From a virus, in the IMG/VR virus record IMGVR_UViG_3300045988_037272, positions 1-42,899 of that record: DNA of 42,899 bases; one strand, 5' to 3'. The position numbers and the translations under genes are program-made. The notes beneath the pieces are model-generated. The model had not been told where the DNA came from. It made no database searches and was given only the letters and a program-made list of their open reading frames with translations. Within the stretch, counting starts at the first letter, position 1. Each line of letters opens with the position of its first letter. Below are positions 1-7,567 of the stretch, one piece after another.

Positions 1-55
1 ACTTCGAGGTCTATAACGGTGCGAACGGTCAAGGCGCTGGCGATATGCTCGCAAG
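1..55. repeat. 55-nt terminal direct repeat identical to 42845..42899 (assembly overlap of a circular or circularly permuted molecule)
   Basis: acttcgaggtctataacggtgcgaacggtcaaggcgctggcgatatgctcgcaag is present at both ends; read directly. Confidence 0.95.
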
Positions 56-995
56 CGTCTACGACCCGCGGGGCAAGCGGACGGACATCTACAAGTACGT
101 GGATGACGCTATTGGTAAGATTCCCACGCCGGACGTATCCGCGCAAATCAAGGCGCACAACGAAAGCGAGACGGCGCACCCTGACATTCGCGAAGCGGTC
201 AACGGCAAGCTCGATAAGCCCGCCAACAATGCAACCGCGACAGCGGGACAACTGCTCACTAAAACCGCGGACGGGCAGGAATGGAAAGACCGCGAAGAAG
301 ACCTATTTGTTGTGAATATGACAATGAATGAGGGTAAAATCAATTCCGCGGACAAGACCTTTGAAGAAGTGCAGGCGGCACTTGTCGCAGGAAAGACCGT
401 AGTGGCGCGTTTACACGCAACTGGGTCCAGTACTGACTATAAACTCATGAGTACAGCATGGAGTAAAGATCAATACATACTGTTTTCGGCAGCGGCTAAT
501 GGTCGTGAACTGTGGAGTATTTTAATGCAGACACAGCGTACTGATTTTATAACAACTACTGTACAGTCTCGAATTAGAGTCACAGGACTTCTCAAGGGTG
601 ATGGTGACGATATCAGCGCCGCAATCGCAGGTACAGACTACGTTGCCCCCGATGGTGACGGCAGTAATGTCACAGCGGCGTTCTCGGCAGCGGAAACACG
701 GGAAAACATCGCAACTGGTGAGAAGTTGTCGATACTGCTTGGTAAGATTGCCAAGTGGTTAGGCGACCTCAAAGCTCTTGCATTCAAAGATACAGTTGCG
801 AAGACTGACCTTACAGAGGACGTACAAGAATCTCTGAATAATATACCTACAATTCCTAAGACAACTAATCTGTTGAAAGGCACAAGTGCAGGGACCGTAA
901 CTGAGGCAACTCCAGGTACTGACTACATTACACCAGATGAGCTGACAACTGCCATTCAGGCAGCCATTCAGAATACATGGGAGGCGAGTTACTGA
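1..995 (+). CDS. Tail fibre protein, C-terminal part (continuation of 41968..42899 across the circular junction)
   Basis: Position 45 equals position 42889 after collapsing the overlap, and both lie in the same phase as ATG 41968. Track ORF 45..995 is its distal part. Ends at TGA 993-995. Confidence 0.8.
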   Translation, partial: FEVYNGANGQGAGDMLASVYDPRGKRTDIYKYVDDAIGKIPTPDVSAQIKAHNESETAHPDIREAVNGKLDKPANNATATAGQLLTKTADGQEWKDREEDLFVVNMTMNEGKINSADKTFEEVQAALVAGKTVVARLHATGSSTDYKLMSTAWSKDQYILFSAAANGRELWSILMQTQRTDFITTTVQSRIRVTGLLKGDGDDISAAIAGTDYVAPDGDGSNVTAAFSAAETRENIATGEKLSILLGKIAKWLGDLKALAFKDTVAKTDLTEDVQESLNNIPTIPKTTNLLKGTSAGTVTEATPGTDYITPDELTTAIQAAIQNTWEASY

Positions 996-2032
996 TGAGC
1001 GTGCAGGAAACCTATTTACAAGGTATCGCCGATGCTATTCGAGCAAAGACCGGAGAAACCAGCACTATCCAAGCCTCTAAGTTTGCAGAAAAAATTGCTG
1101 CTATCTCAACGGGAGCATCACTTCCTGTTTGGACAAAGACTACTCTTCCTGAAAGTCTTAAATGGAACGCTTTAGCTTATGGTAACGGGATGTTTGTAGC
1201 CCTTGGATACCGGGACACAGGCGCATCAGGTACTCCTGTACAGATATGTGCACGAGGTACGGGTTACTCTTGGTCAAGCATTGCTATAACTGGTGCTTTA
1301 TGGCAGGGAGCTACTTATGGCAAAGGAGTTTTTGTAGTTGTAGGTACGGATGCAGCAGCTTATAGTACAGATAATGGTGCATCTTGGATTAAGCCTACTG
1401 GTATACCTTCTGGAGCGTGGATAAGTGTCGCCTACGGCAATGGTGTATTCGTGGCCGTAGCTTCAGGTAGCTCAGGCGCTGCAATGTATTCTTCAGATGG
1501 TAAAACCTGGACCAAAGTGTCTATTAGTGCACTAAGGCAACTACAAAAAGTTATTTACGGTAACGGTATCTTTGTAGCAATAGGATATAGCATGAGCTCT
1601 ATTCTGACTTCTAAAGACGGAAAAACTTGGACTACTGTATCTTTAGGAGTTAGCAAGCCTTGGAGGGATATTGCCTATGATAAAGGCTACTGGGTAATCA
1701 TAGAAGAAAATGGTACTATCATGTACTCAATTGATGGTACTGATAACTGGTATCAAAGTAGTCTACCAGCAAGTTCTTGGTGGAATTCAGTTGTCGGAGG
1801 TAATGGCAAATTTGTTGTGTTCTCGAGTAGCAAAGATAACAAGTTCGCTTATGTTTCTACTCACTTAGTAGCTACTACATCCAGGTGGACTGAGATCATA
1901 ACCCCTTTTACTGTGAGTGCCCCTCATGCAGTTTTTGGAGATGGGTTATTCGTTATGGTAGATGCAGGAGGTTATGCACAAAATAAAAACACTGCTGGAT
2001 ACTTAAGAGATTCATTCTCTGCATGGGCTTAA
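995..2032 (+). CDS. Tail-associated BNR/Asp-box beta-propeller protein, putative receptor-binding protein
   Basis: ATG 995 overlaps the upstream TGA (TGATG). About seven repeats of YG(N/K)G.FVA(V/L/I)G are followed by Asp-box-like S.DG.TW motifs (YSTDNGASW, YSSDGKTW, TSKDGKTW, YSIDGTDNW). The gene is visibly AT-richer than its flanks. Confidence 0.7.
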   Translation: MSVQETYLQGIADAIRAKTGETSTIQASKFAEKIAAISTGASLPVWTKTTLPESLKWNALAYGNGMFVALGYRDTGASGTPVQICARGTGYSWSSIAITGALWQGATYGKGVFVVVGTDAAAYSTDNGASWIKPTGIPSGAWISVAYGNGVFVAVASGSSGAAMYSSDGKTWTKVSISALRQLQKVIYGNGIFVAIGYSMSSILTSKDGKTWTTVSLGVSKPWRDIAYDKGYWVIIEENGTIMYSIDGTDNWYQSSLPASSWWNSVVGGNGKFVVFSSSKDNKFAYVSTHLVATTSRWTEIITPFTVSAPHAVFGDGLFVMVDAGGYAQNKNTAGYLRDSFSAWA

Positions 2033-2045
2033 ATAAGGAGTTGTT

Positions 2046-2831
2046 ATGTCTGAATTCATCAAAGTAGATGGGCAGGAATATCCTGCTGAGGTTATCTATC
2101 TGTACAAGGATAGAAATTGGAACGACCGCGATGTTCGAAACGTGTTCCTCAACCTTCCGTATGACCAAGTGGTAGCTCTGCTACCTACTGGTACTAAGTG
2201 GAGCAGCATCCTCAAAGAGGATGACGTGATGGTTGAAGAGACCGATATGTCCGAGTATTCCATCGCTGGTCAGGTTGTGGATTACCGTAACGGTACGGTA
2301 TCCATCAAGATGGGCAAACCTACCGAAAGCGAAAAGTCCAGTTATACGGTTGAGGCGTTGATGAGTGAATCTATTACCCCTCAACGAGCCGTCGAGCTGC
2401 GCCCGATGATTGAGCTGGCTGCAAAGTCTTTTACGGATGCAGAAGCAGCCAAGTCTCCTGAGTTGGTTGCGCGGTGGGAAGACCACATCGGTGAAGTGGT
2501 TGAACCGGGAAACCGCATGAGTGATACTGACAACGACGGCGTTTTGCACGTATATCGCGTCAACGATGGTCACGGTCACACCACGCAAGAGAACTGGCCG
2601 CCGCACTCCACCCCTGCCATGTGGACGATCATCAACGTCGACCACGCGGGCACGCAGGATGACCCGATTCCGGCCGCTCGTGGTATGGAATATGAGTACG
2701 GCAAGTATTACCTCGACGGTGAGGACGGCAAGACGTACAAGTGCGAGCGTATCGGCGAGGCCGCGGGCGGCAAGATCGTCTTGCAGTATTTGCCGCACGA
2801 GCTGGTAGGGAATTATTTCACGGCGGGCTAA
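2046..2831 (+). CDS. Tail-fibre-associated protein, possible carbohydrate-binding C-terminal region
   Basis: SD AAGGAG lies upstream. The C-terminal half has a Y.V..GH.TT.E.WPP...PAMW pattern reminiscent of CBM5/12-type modules (weak, recognised by eye). Confidence 0.55.
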   Translation: MSEFIKVDGQEYPAEVIYLYKDRNWNDRDVRNVFLNLPYDQVVALLPTGTKWSSILKEDDVMVEETDMSEYSIAGQVVDYRNGTVSIKMGKPTESEKSSYTVEALMSESITPQRAVELRPMIELAAKSFTDAEAAKSPELVARWEDHIGEVVEPGNRMSDTDNDGVLHVYRVNDGHGHTTQENWPPHSTPAMWTIINVDHAGTQDDPIPAARGMEYEYGKYYLDGEDGKTYKCERIGEAAGGKIVLQYLPHELVGNYFTAG

Positions 2832-2853
2832 GGCCGCAGAAAGGGAGCGGGAT

Positions 2854-3159
2854 ATGGGAGATTTGGCAAGGGTCGCGTCGGTGTGCTCGGAGATCACGGT
2901 CATTTTGGGCGCGCTGGCGCTGCTCATCAAGCCGCTGCGCAACAAAATCCTCGGCTTTGACAAGCTGACGGACGCGCTCAAATGCGAGCTGCGGCACGAC
3001 ATGCTGCATACATACTACCGGCACAGAGAGGACAAGTTCATCCGGCAGTATGAGCTTGAGGACTTTTTGTACCTCTACAGGGGCTATAAGGCGCTGGGCG
3101 GCAACAGTTTTATCGACAAAATCAAGTCCGAGATCGACGAATGGGAGGTCAGGACGTGA
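2854..3159 (+). CDS. Small membrane protein of the lysis cassette (one N-terminal TM segment)
   Basis: SD AAGGGAG. Hydrophobic segment VASVCSEITVILGALALLI. First of three membrane proteins upstream of the endolysin. Confidence 0.65.
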   Translation: MGDLARVASVCSEITVILGALALLIKPLRNKILGFDKLTDALKCELRHDMLHTYYRHREDKFIRQYELEDFLYLYRGYKALGGNSFIDKIKSEIDEWEVRT

Positions 3160-3401
3160 AGCACCTTATCAAAAAGGTATCGAAATTGCGAACGAGGAAC
3201 ATCATTTTGATTATCGTTGGCATTTTCATCGCCGCTTTTGTGATCTACACGGTCATATTTTACAGCATCAAGGGGTGGCAGTGGGACAACATTTTCCCGT
3301 ATCTGCTGGGTACGGGCGGCATTATTGAAGCCTTTACCGGGCTTCTGACACTGGTGGAAATTATCGTTGGAAGACGAAAGGAGAAGAAAAATGAAATTTG
3401 A
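3156..3401 (+). CDS. Holin-like membrane protein (two TM segments)
   Basis: GTG 3156 lies 7 nt after GGGAGG and overlaps the upstream TGA. Two hydrophobic helices (NIILIIVGIFIAAFVIYTVIF; GGIIEAFTGLLTLVEIIVG) and a charged C-terminus RRKEKKNEI. Confidence 0.6.
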   Translation: MKHLIKKVSKLRTRNIILIIVGIFIAAFVIYTVIFYSIKGWQWDNIFPYLLGTGGIIEAFTGLLTLVEIIVGRRKEKKNEI

Positions 3402-3615
3402 AATGAGCAACAAGGTATACGACGTCCTCAAGTGGCTGGTGCTTATCGTACTGCCCGCCTGTTCCGGCCTCTACGCCGCGCTCGCGGGCGTGTGGGGCTG
3501 GGGCTATGTCGAGCAGGTGACGACCACCATCAGCGCGATTGCGCTCTTCATCGGCGCGCTCATCGGTGTGTCGACGTCCAGCTACAACAAGGAGAGCAAA
3601 AATGTATCACAGTAG
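3391..3615 (+). CDS. Holin (LL-H/Dp-1-like small holin of Firmicutes phages)
   Basis: ATG 3391 follows AAAGGAGAAG. KVYDVLKWLVLIVLPACSGLYAALAGVWGW plus a second TM segment. Lies immediately upstream of, and overlaps, the endolysin gene. Confidence 0.65.
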   Translation: MKFEMSNKVYDVLKWLVLIVLPACSGLYAALAGVWGWGYVEQVTTTISAIALFIGALIGVSTSSYNKESKNVSQ

Positions 3616-4210
3616 GGACATTGCCGACTTGCGCGCGGACGTGCGGCGAAACTGCGCCATTTTTCTCGACCTCTGCAAGGAGGCGGGGCTTCCGGTTCTG
3701 GTGACCGAGACGGTCAGGGATAACGAGTACCAGCGCTATCTTGCTGCAAACGGCTACGCGGCAAAGACCGCGACGCGCCCGACGTTTCACGGTGTCAAGG
3801 CTGGGCTTGCGTTCGACATCTGCAAAAACGTCAAGGGGCATGAGTACGACGATCCGTCGTTCTTCGCCCGCTGCGGGCAGATCGGCAAGCAGGTCGGCTT
3901 TTCGTGGGGTGGCGACTGGAAGAAGTTCCCTGACAAGCCGCATTTTCAGTGGGACGACCATATGCGATACACAGGGAGCATGATTTTGGCGGGCAAGTAT
4001 CCGCCGGAAATGGAGGAGTATATGGACCAGGCAACGTTTAACAAGATGATGGACAGCTATTTGGCGCAGCTCGGCACCAAGCCCGTCTCTTCGTGGGCGG
4101 CCAAAGACTGGGCGGCGGCAAAGGCTATGGGCATTACAGACGGCAGCGCGCCGCAGAGACTTATCACGCGGCAGGAAGTCGTGACGATGATCCAGAGAGC
4201 GACAAAATAA
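3602..4210 (+). CDS. Endolysin, peptidase M15 (VanY / L-Ala-D-Glu peptidase-like) with SLH-like C-terminal repeat
   Basis: ATG 3602 follows AAGGAGAG. Motifs VTETVRDNEYQ, HGVKAGLAFDI and FSWGGDWKKFPDKPHFQW match the Zn-ligand pattern of the M15 family. The C-terminus WAAKDWAAAKAMGITDG..ITRQEVVTMIQR resembles an SLH/cell-wall-binding motif. Confidence 0.8.
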   Translation: MYHSRDIADLRADVRRNCAIFLDLCKEAGLPVLVTETVRDNEYQRYLAANGYAAKTATRPTFHGVKAGLAFDICKNVKGHEYDDPSFFARCGQIGKQVGFSWGGDWKKFPDKPHFQWDDHMRYTGSMILAGKYPPEMEEYMDQATFNKMMDSYLAQLGTKPVSSWAAKDWAAAKAMGITDGSAPQRLITRQEVVTMIQRATK

Positions 4211-4286
4211 CGTGTCCTAATCGGGCACAGGAAGGAGCGGGCGGCGAAAGCCCACGCGCAAGCGCCTCTGCAAGCCCTACACGGGC

Positions 4287-4532
4287 ATGGACAGTCAGCA
4301 CAGGTCAATCCGCGCGCAATTATCCTCTATGGCCCCCAAGCGGGCCGTGGCGTATATCTTATCGTTTGAGCTGCCCGAGGACGAGGCGGCGTGCATCATT
4401 GAGTGCGACGTGCGGCGTAAGAGTTACGCGCAAGTGTGCGATGCGCTGCACCTGTCGCCGGAGGCAGTCAACCGCTGCCGCAGGCGGGCATACAAAAAAA
4501 TCGCAGATGGACAAAGAGAGCACCGATGTTAA
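4287..4532 (+). CDS. Small sigma-70 region-4-like HTH protein
   Basis: The SYAQVCDALHLSPEAVNRCRRRAYKKI pattern resembles sigma region 4/LuxR-type HTH. No convincing SD precedes ATG 4287, so the start is uncertain. Confidence 0.5.
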   Translation: MDSQHRSIRAQLSSMAPKRAVAYILSFELPEDEAACIIECDVRRKSYAQVCDALHLSPEAVNRCRRRAYKKIADGQREHRC

Positions 4533-4555
4533 TCGGTGCTCTCTTTTCGTTTTTT
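4515..4555. terminator. Rho-independent terminator shared by convergent genes
   Basis: Perfect 13-bp stem agagagcaccgat/atcggtgctctct with a 4-nt loop, followed by tttcgtttttt. The stop codons of both convergent ORFs (4530-4532 plus strand, 4529-4531 minus strand) lie in the loop. Confidence 0.85.
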
Positions 4556-4720
4556 CTTGTTGCAGTGCTTTTCCAGGTATTCCCTGGCGCATTCTGCGAG
4601 GTAACTGCATTTCCATCCTTCGGCGGTATTCAGGCCGCAATTTCCGCAGTCACGGCATTTTCTAAATTCTTCGAGGATCGCTTCTGCTTGGGTTTCGCTT
4701 GCAATAAAAAAGCTGCTCAT
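4529..4720 (-). CDS. Small Cys-rich protein (63 aa)
   Basis: ATG 4720 follows GGGAG. CRDCGNCG...WKCSYLAEC...HC cysteine pattern. Last gene of the minus-strand cassette. Confidence 0.6.
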   Translation of the reverse strand: MSSFFIASETQAEAILEEFRKCRDCGNCGLNTAEGWKCSYLAECAREYLEKHCNKKKRKESTD

Positions 4721-4736
4721 TTGATCCACTCCCTTG

Positions 4737-5018
4737 TTACAACAAAGATTTTGCATCTACGCCGAGCACGTCGGCAATGGCAATCAAGTTCCTGGCCGTC
4801 AAATTCCCAGCGTCGGATTCTCCCAGCTCCACGCGCTGGATCTGGCGGATATTTACGCCGGATTTATCGGCGAGGCTGGTCTGCGTCATGTCTGCCATGC
4901 GGCGGGACCACTCAAGCTTGGTAATGGGACGGTTGTGGCAGTCGCGCCCGCAGTTGACCAAGGAGCAGACGGTGCAATCGCCGTCTTCTCGCTGGCAGTC
5001 AGCATATTTCCTGCGCAT
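4737..5018 (-). CDS. XRE-family HTH regulator with Cys-rich N-terminal extension
   Basis: ATG 5018 follows GGGAGGG. N-terminus C..EDGDC.VC...NCGRDCH, then MTQTSLADKSGVNIRQIQRVELG....NLTARNLIAIADVLGV (HTH_3-like). Confidence 0.7.
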   Translation of the reverse strand: MRRKYADCQREDGDCTVCSLVNCGRDCHNRPITKLEWSRRMADMTQTSLADKSGVNIRQIQRVELGESDAGNLTARNLIAIADVLGVDAKSLL

Positions 5019-5031
5019 CAGTTGCCCTCCC

Positions 5032-5226
5032 TCAGAGTTTGATTTCCGGCGCGTAGTAAAGCATCTCGCACTCCCGGTATTTCGCGCCGACGGGTTTCCT
5101 GACAATGGCGGTCGTTTCTTCTCCGGTTGCCCGCTTGATGAGCGCGTAGCCGTAAAAATAACCGTCTTCCACAAAGTTTTCGCCGGGGGCCTGTTCCAAT
5201 TTCCGGATCAATTCCTCTTTCTCCAT
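5032..5226 (-). CDS. Hypothetical protein (64 aa)
   Basis: Track ORF with SD GGAGGAAAG before the ATG. Second gene of the cassette. Confidence 0.6.
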   Translation of the reverse strand: MEKEELIRKLEQAPGENFVEDGYFYGYALIKRATGEETTAIVRKPVGAKYRECEMLYYAPEIKL

Positions 5227-5239
5227 TGTTCTTTCCTCC

Positions 5240-5509
5240 TTATTTTAAATAGCGATTGGTCTGGGAAACCACAGCCATGCCAACCTTGCCCGGGGTGTCG
5301 TTAAAATTCACGAAGCGAAGTACGTCAATCAACTTGCCGGCATATTCTACGGAGTTAATGCGGCCGATCTGGAAGTCAATTCCCTTGTTCCACATTTCGA
5401 TGTTTGCCTTACCGGGGTCACTGGGGTTCTCTCTCATCCACTCTAATGCGGCGATGGACTTCGCTTTTAGTTCTTCGGCCCACGCAATCTGTTTCTCAGT
5501 ACCCTTCAT
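5240..5509 (-). CDS. Hypothetical protein (89 aa)
   Basis: Track ORF with SD AAGGAGGAG. First gene downstream of the consensus promoter at 5550-5578. Confidence 0.65.
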   Translation of the reverse strand: MKGTEKQIAWAEELKAKSIAALEWMRENPSDPGKANIEMWNKGIDFQIGRINSVEYAGKLIDVLRFVNFNDTPGKVGMAVVSQTNRYLK

Positions 5510-5549
5510 AGTTCGCTCCTCCTTGGGTTTCCCCTCTCTTTATGCTCTT

Positions 5550-5578
5550 ATTATACGCTAATATTAGCGTAATGTCAA
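5550..5578 (-). promoter_or_regulatory. Consensus sigma70-type promoter (TTGACA-17-TATAAT) with an 18-bp perfect palindrome in the spacer
   Basis: The minus strand reads ttgaca ttacgctaatattagcg tataat. The palindrome tacgctaat/attagcgta occupies 5554-5571. Confidence 0.75.
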
Positions 5579-5677
5579 GGGATTTTTGAAATATTTTTTG
5601 ACCAAACAATGACCAAACTGCGGCTAAATGCAAATGGCAGTTTGCGATACCATAGACGTAACAAAGGAGGTGCGGCG

Positions 5678-5818
5678 ATGTACGACCGACTTTTAGCTGT
5701 GGGATTTACCGAGCAGATGGCAATGGACATTTTGACGCTGTTCCCCGACCCTGACGAGCTGAGACAGTACGTTTATTTTGCCGAGCTATTCCACGCCTGC
5801 CGAGAAAGGACGGAGTGA
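5678..5818 (+). CDS. Hypothetical small protein (46 aa), first gene of cargo operon
   Basis: ATG 5678 follows AAAGGAGG. The stop overlaps the start region of the next gene. Confidence 0.55.
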   Translation: MYDRLLAVGFTEQMAMDILTLFPDPDELRQYVYFAELFHACRERTE

Positions 5819-5819
5819 T

Positions 5820-6212
5820 ATGCCTTATCCGTATTATCAGACCCCGTATCAGCCGATGGGCTACGGGTACAACAACTATGCCCCTGTAAGCGCGCAGAGC
5901 GCCGCAGGAGCGCAGCAGATATACAGCGGTCAAATTACCCGCGTGAATGGGAGAAACGGTGCAGACGCGCTCAGGCTCGCGCCGAACAGCTCCGTTTTGC
6001 TGATGGACGAGAACGACCCAATCGTGTGGCTCAAAGTGACGGACGGCGCGGGATATGCAACGGTCACGCCGTACAGCATCGCGCCGTATCAGGCGGCGGC
6101 TCCGGTTGACGTTAACAGTCTTGAGGAACGCGTAAAGAGATTGGAGGAAAAGCTCAATGCCAAATCCGATGATGCAAATGCTGATGGGCGGCGGAAGCAG
6201 AAGGCCGAATAA
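5820..6212 (+). CDS. Tyr/Pro-rich N-terminus protein with beta-rich core and C-terminal coiled coil (130 aa)
   Basis: ATG 5820 follows GGAG. MPYPYYQTPYQPMGYGYNNYAPV..., then ITRVNGRNGADALRLAPNSSVLLMDENDPIVWLKVTDGAGY, then LEERVKRLEEKL. Confidence 0.65.
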   Translation: MPYPYYQTPYQPMGYGYNNYAPVSAQSAAGAQQIYSGQITRVNGRNGADALRLAPNSSVLLMDENDPIVWLKVTDGAGYATVTPYSIAPYQAAAPVDVNSLEERVKRLEEKLNAKSDDANADGRRKQKAE

Positions 6213-6375
6213 TCCCCTTGCGATGATGGCAGAGTTTCGCAAATTCGCAGCGGGCATGACGCCGCAGAAAGCACAGCAGGAGATCGAGCAGCTTTTGGCG
6301 TCAGGGAAAATGTCGCAGGAGCAGTTTCAGCAGCTCCAACAGCAGGCAAAAGACTTTATGCAATTTTTGAAATAA
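6157..6375 (+). CDS. Met/Gln-rich small protein (72 aa)
   Basis: ATG 6157 follows GGAGG. Overlaps the 3' end of the previous gene by 56 nt in another frame. Confidence 0.55.
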   Translation: MPNPMMQMLMGGGSRRPNNPLAMMAEFRKFAAGMTPQKAQQEIEQLLASGKMSQEQFQQLQQQAKDFMQFLK

Positions 6376-6407
6376 GCTGGGTCGACACGGTTTATTGATA
6401 AATTATT

Positions 6408-7064
6408 TTGAAAGGAGTGTTTCCCATAGATAATTACTCTTTGAGCGATCTCGCGGCAGTGACCCGCGATAACGACGGTAACGGCTGGGGCTCCGGTTGG
6501 TTCCTCATCGTCGTTCTGTTCCTGTTCATGTTTGGTTTCGGCGGAAACGGCTGGAACCGTCAGGGCGAATTTGGCCAGTACGCCACCGCTGCGAGCCAGC
6601 AGGAAATCTTGTTTGGCCAGCAGTTCGGGCAGATCAACGACCGCCTGACTAACATCGGCAACGGCATCTGCAATCTCGGCTACGAGATGCAGGGCAACAT
6701 CGGTCAGCTCGGCAAGGAGGTTGCGCTTGCGCAGGCAGGCACCAACACCACCATCATGCAGACCGGCAACAGCATCCAGAGCCAGATCGCGTCTTGCTGC
6801 TGCGAGCAGCGCCTTGCGACGGCCAATCTGTCCGCGCAGATGGATCGTCAGACCTGCGACATCACCACGGCTATCCACGCCGAGGGCGAGGCTACTCGCG
6901 CGCTGATGCAGGCCAACGAGATGCAGGCTCTCCGCGACAAGGTGGCAAGCCTTGAAATGGACAACCGTATGTGTGGCGTTGTCCGCTATCCCAGCGGGCT
7001 GACATACAATGCGGGTAGTTCCCCCTTCTGTGGCTGCAATAGCGGCTGCAACGGCAATATCTGA
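6408..7064 (+). CDS. Membrane protein with Gly/Trp-flanked TM segment, coiled-coil region, CCC motif and Cys/Gly-rich C-terminus
   Basis: Track ORF. GNGWGSGWFLIVVLFLFMFGFGGNGW, ...IASCCCEQR..., ...SSPFCGCNSGCNGNI. The start is uncertain: SD AAAGGAG (6411-6417) is followed at 8-nt spacing by ATA 6426, while TTG 6408 and GTG 6417 precede or overlap the SD. Confidence 0.65.
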   Translation: MKGVFPIDNYSLSDLAAVTRDNDGNGWGSGWFLIVVLFLFMFGFGGNGWNRQGEFGQYATAASQQEILFGQQFGQINDRLTNIGNGICNLGYEMQGNIGQLGKEVALAQAGTNTTIMQTGNSIQSQIASCCCEQRLATANLSAQMDRQTCDITTAIHAEGEATRALMQANEMQALRDKVASLEMDNRMCGVVRYPSGLTYNAGSSPFCGCNSGCNGNI

Positions 7065-7164
7065 GCAACTATTTCCAAACCGGAAACAGTTCAGGCCCTC
7101 TTTGGCCGGGTAAATGGGCGAGGGCTTATCCCCTCGCCCTTATATTTTGAAAGGAGACTTTACC

Positions 7165-7566
7165 ATGTCTTGTAAATCCGCTCTTTACACTGCCATGCAG
7201 ACGCCGACTGCGGTTGCCGTCGATGGCGTTATCCCCCTTGGCAGCCTGATCCGTCGCTACGGCTGCGATATCACGCTTAACGGCAATGCCGTCAACATCG
7301 TCGGCAAGGGCTATTACGACGTTGACGCGTCTATCACCGTCGCGCCGACGGCAGCAGGCACAATCACGGCGACGCTTTATAAGGACGGCGTTGCCGTTCC
7401 CGGCGCTACCGCTTCTGCTGCGGGCGCTGTCGGTGCTCCTGTCGTGCTGGCATTCCCCGCGCTGGTGCGTCAGGCGTGCTGCGCGTCCGGCGCTGCGCTG
7501 ACGCTGGTGCTGACCGGCGCGGCATCGACCGTCAGCAACGTTGCCCTGCGCGTGCAGCGCATTTGA
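7165..7566 (+). CDS. BclA C-terminal-domain-like (C1q/TNF-like jelly-roll) protein, 133 aa
   Basis: ATG 7165 lies 8 nt after GAAAGGAG. The pattern ITLNGNAVNIVGKGYYDVDASITVAPTAAGTITATLYKDGVAVPGA....GAPVVLAFPALV....LTLVLTG....SNVALRVQRI parallels the BclA CTD strand pattern (recognised by eye). Confidence 0.55.
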   Translation: MSCKSALYTAMQTPTAVAVDGVIPLGSLIRRYGCDITLNGNAVNIVGKGYYDVDASITVAPTAAGTITATLYKDGVAVPGATASAAGAVGAPVVLAFPALVRQACCASGAALTLVLTGAASTVSNVALRVQRI

Positions 7567-7567
7567 T

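Noticed and set aside
19-315. 98-aa plus-strand ORF at the window start.
   Set aside because: It is out of frame with the tail fibre continuation, and its Arg/Thr/Ser-rich composition is not protein-like.
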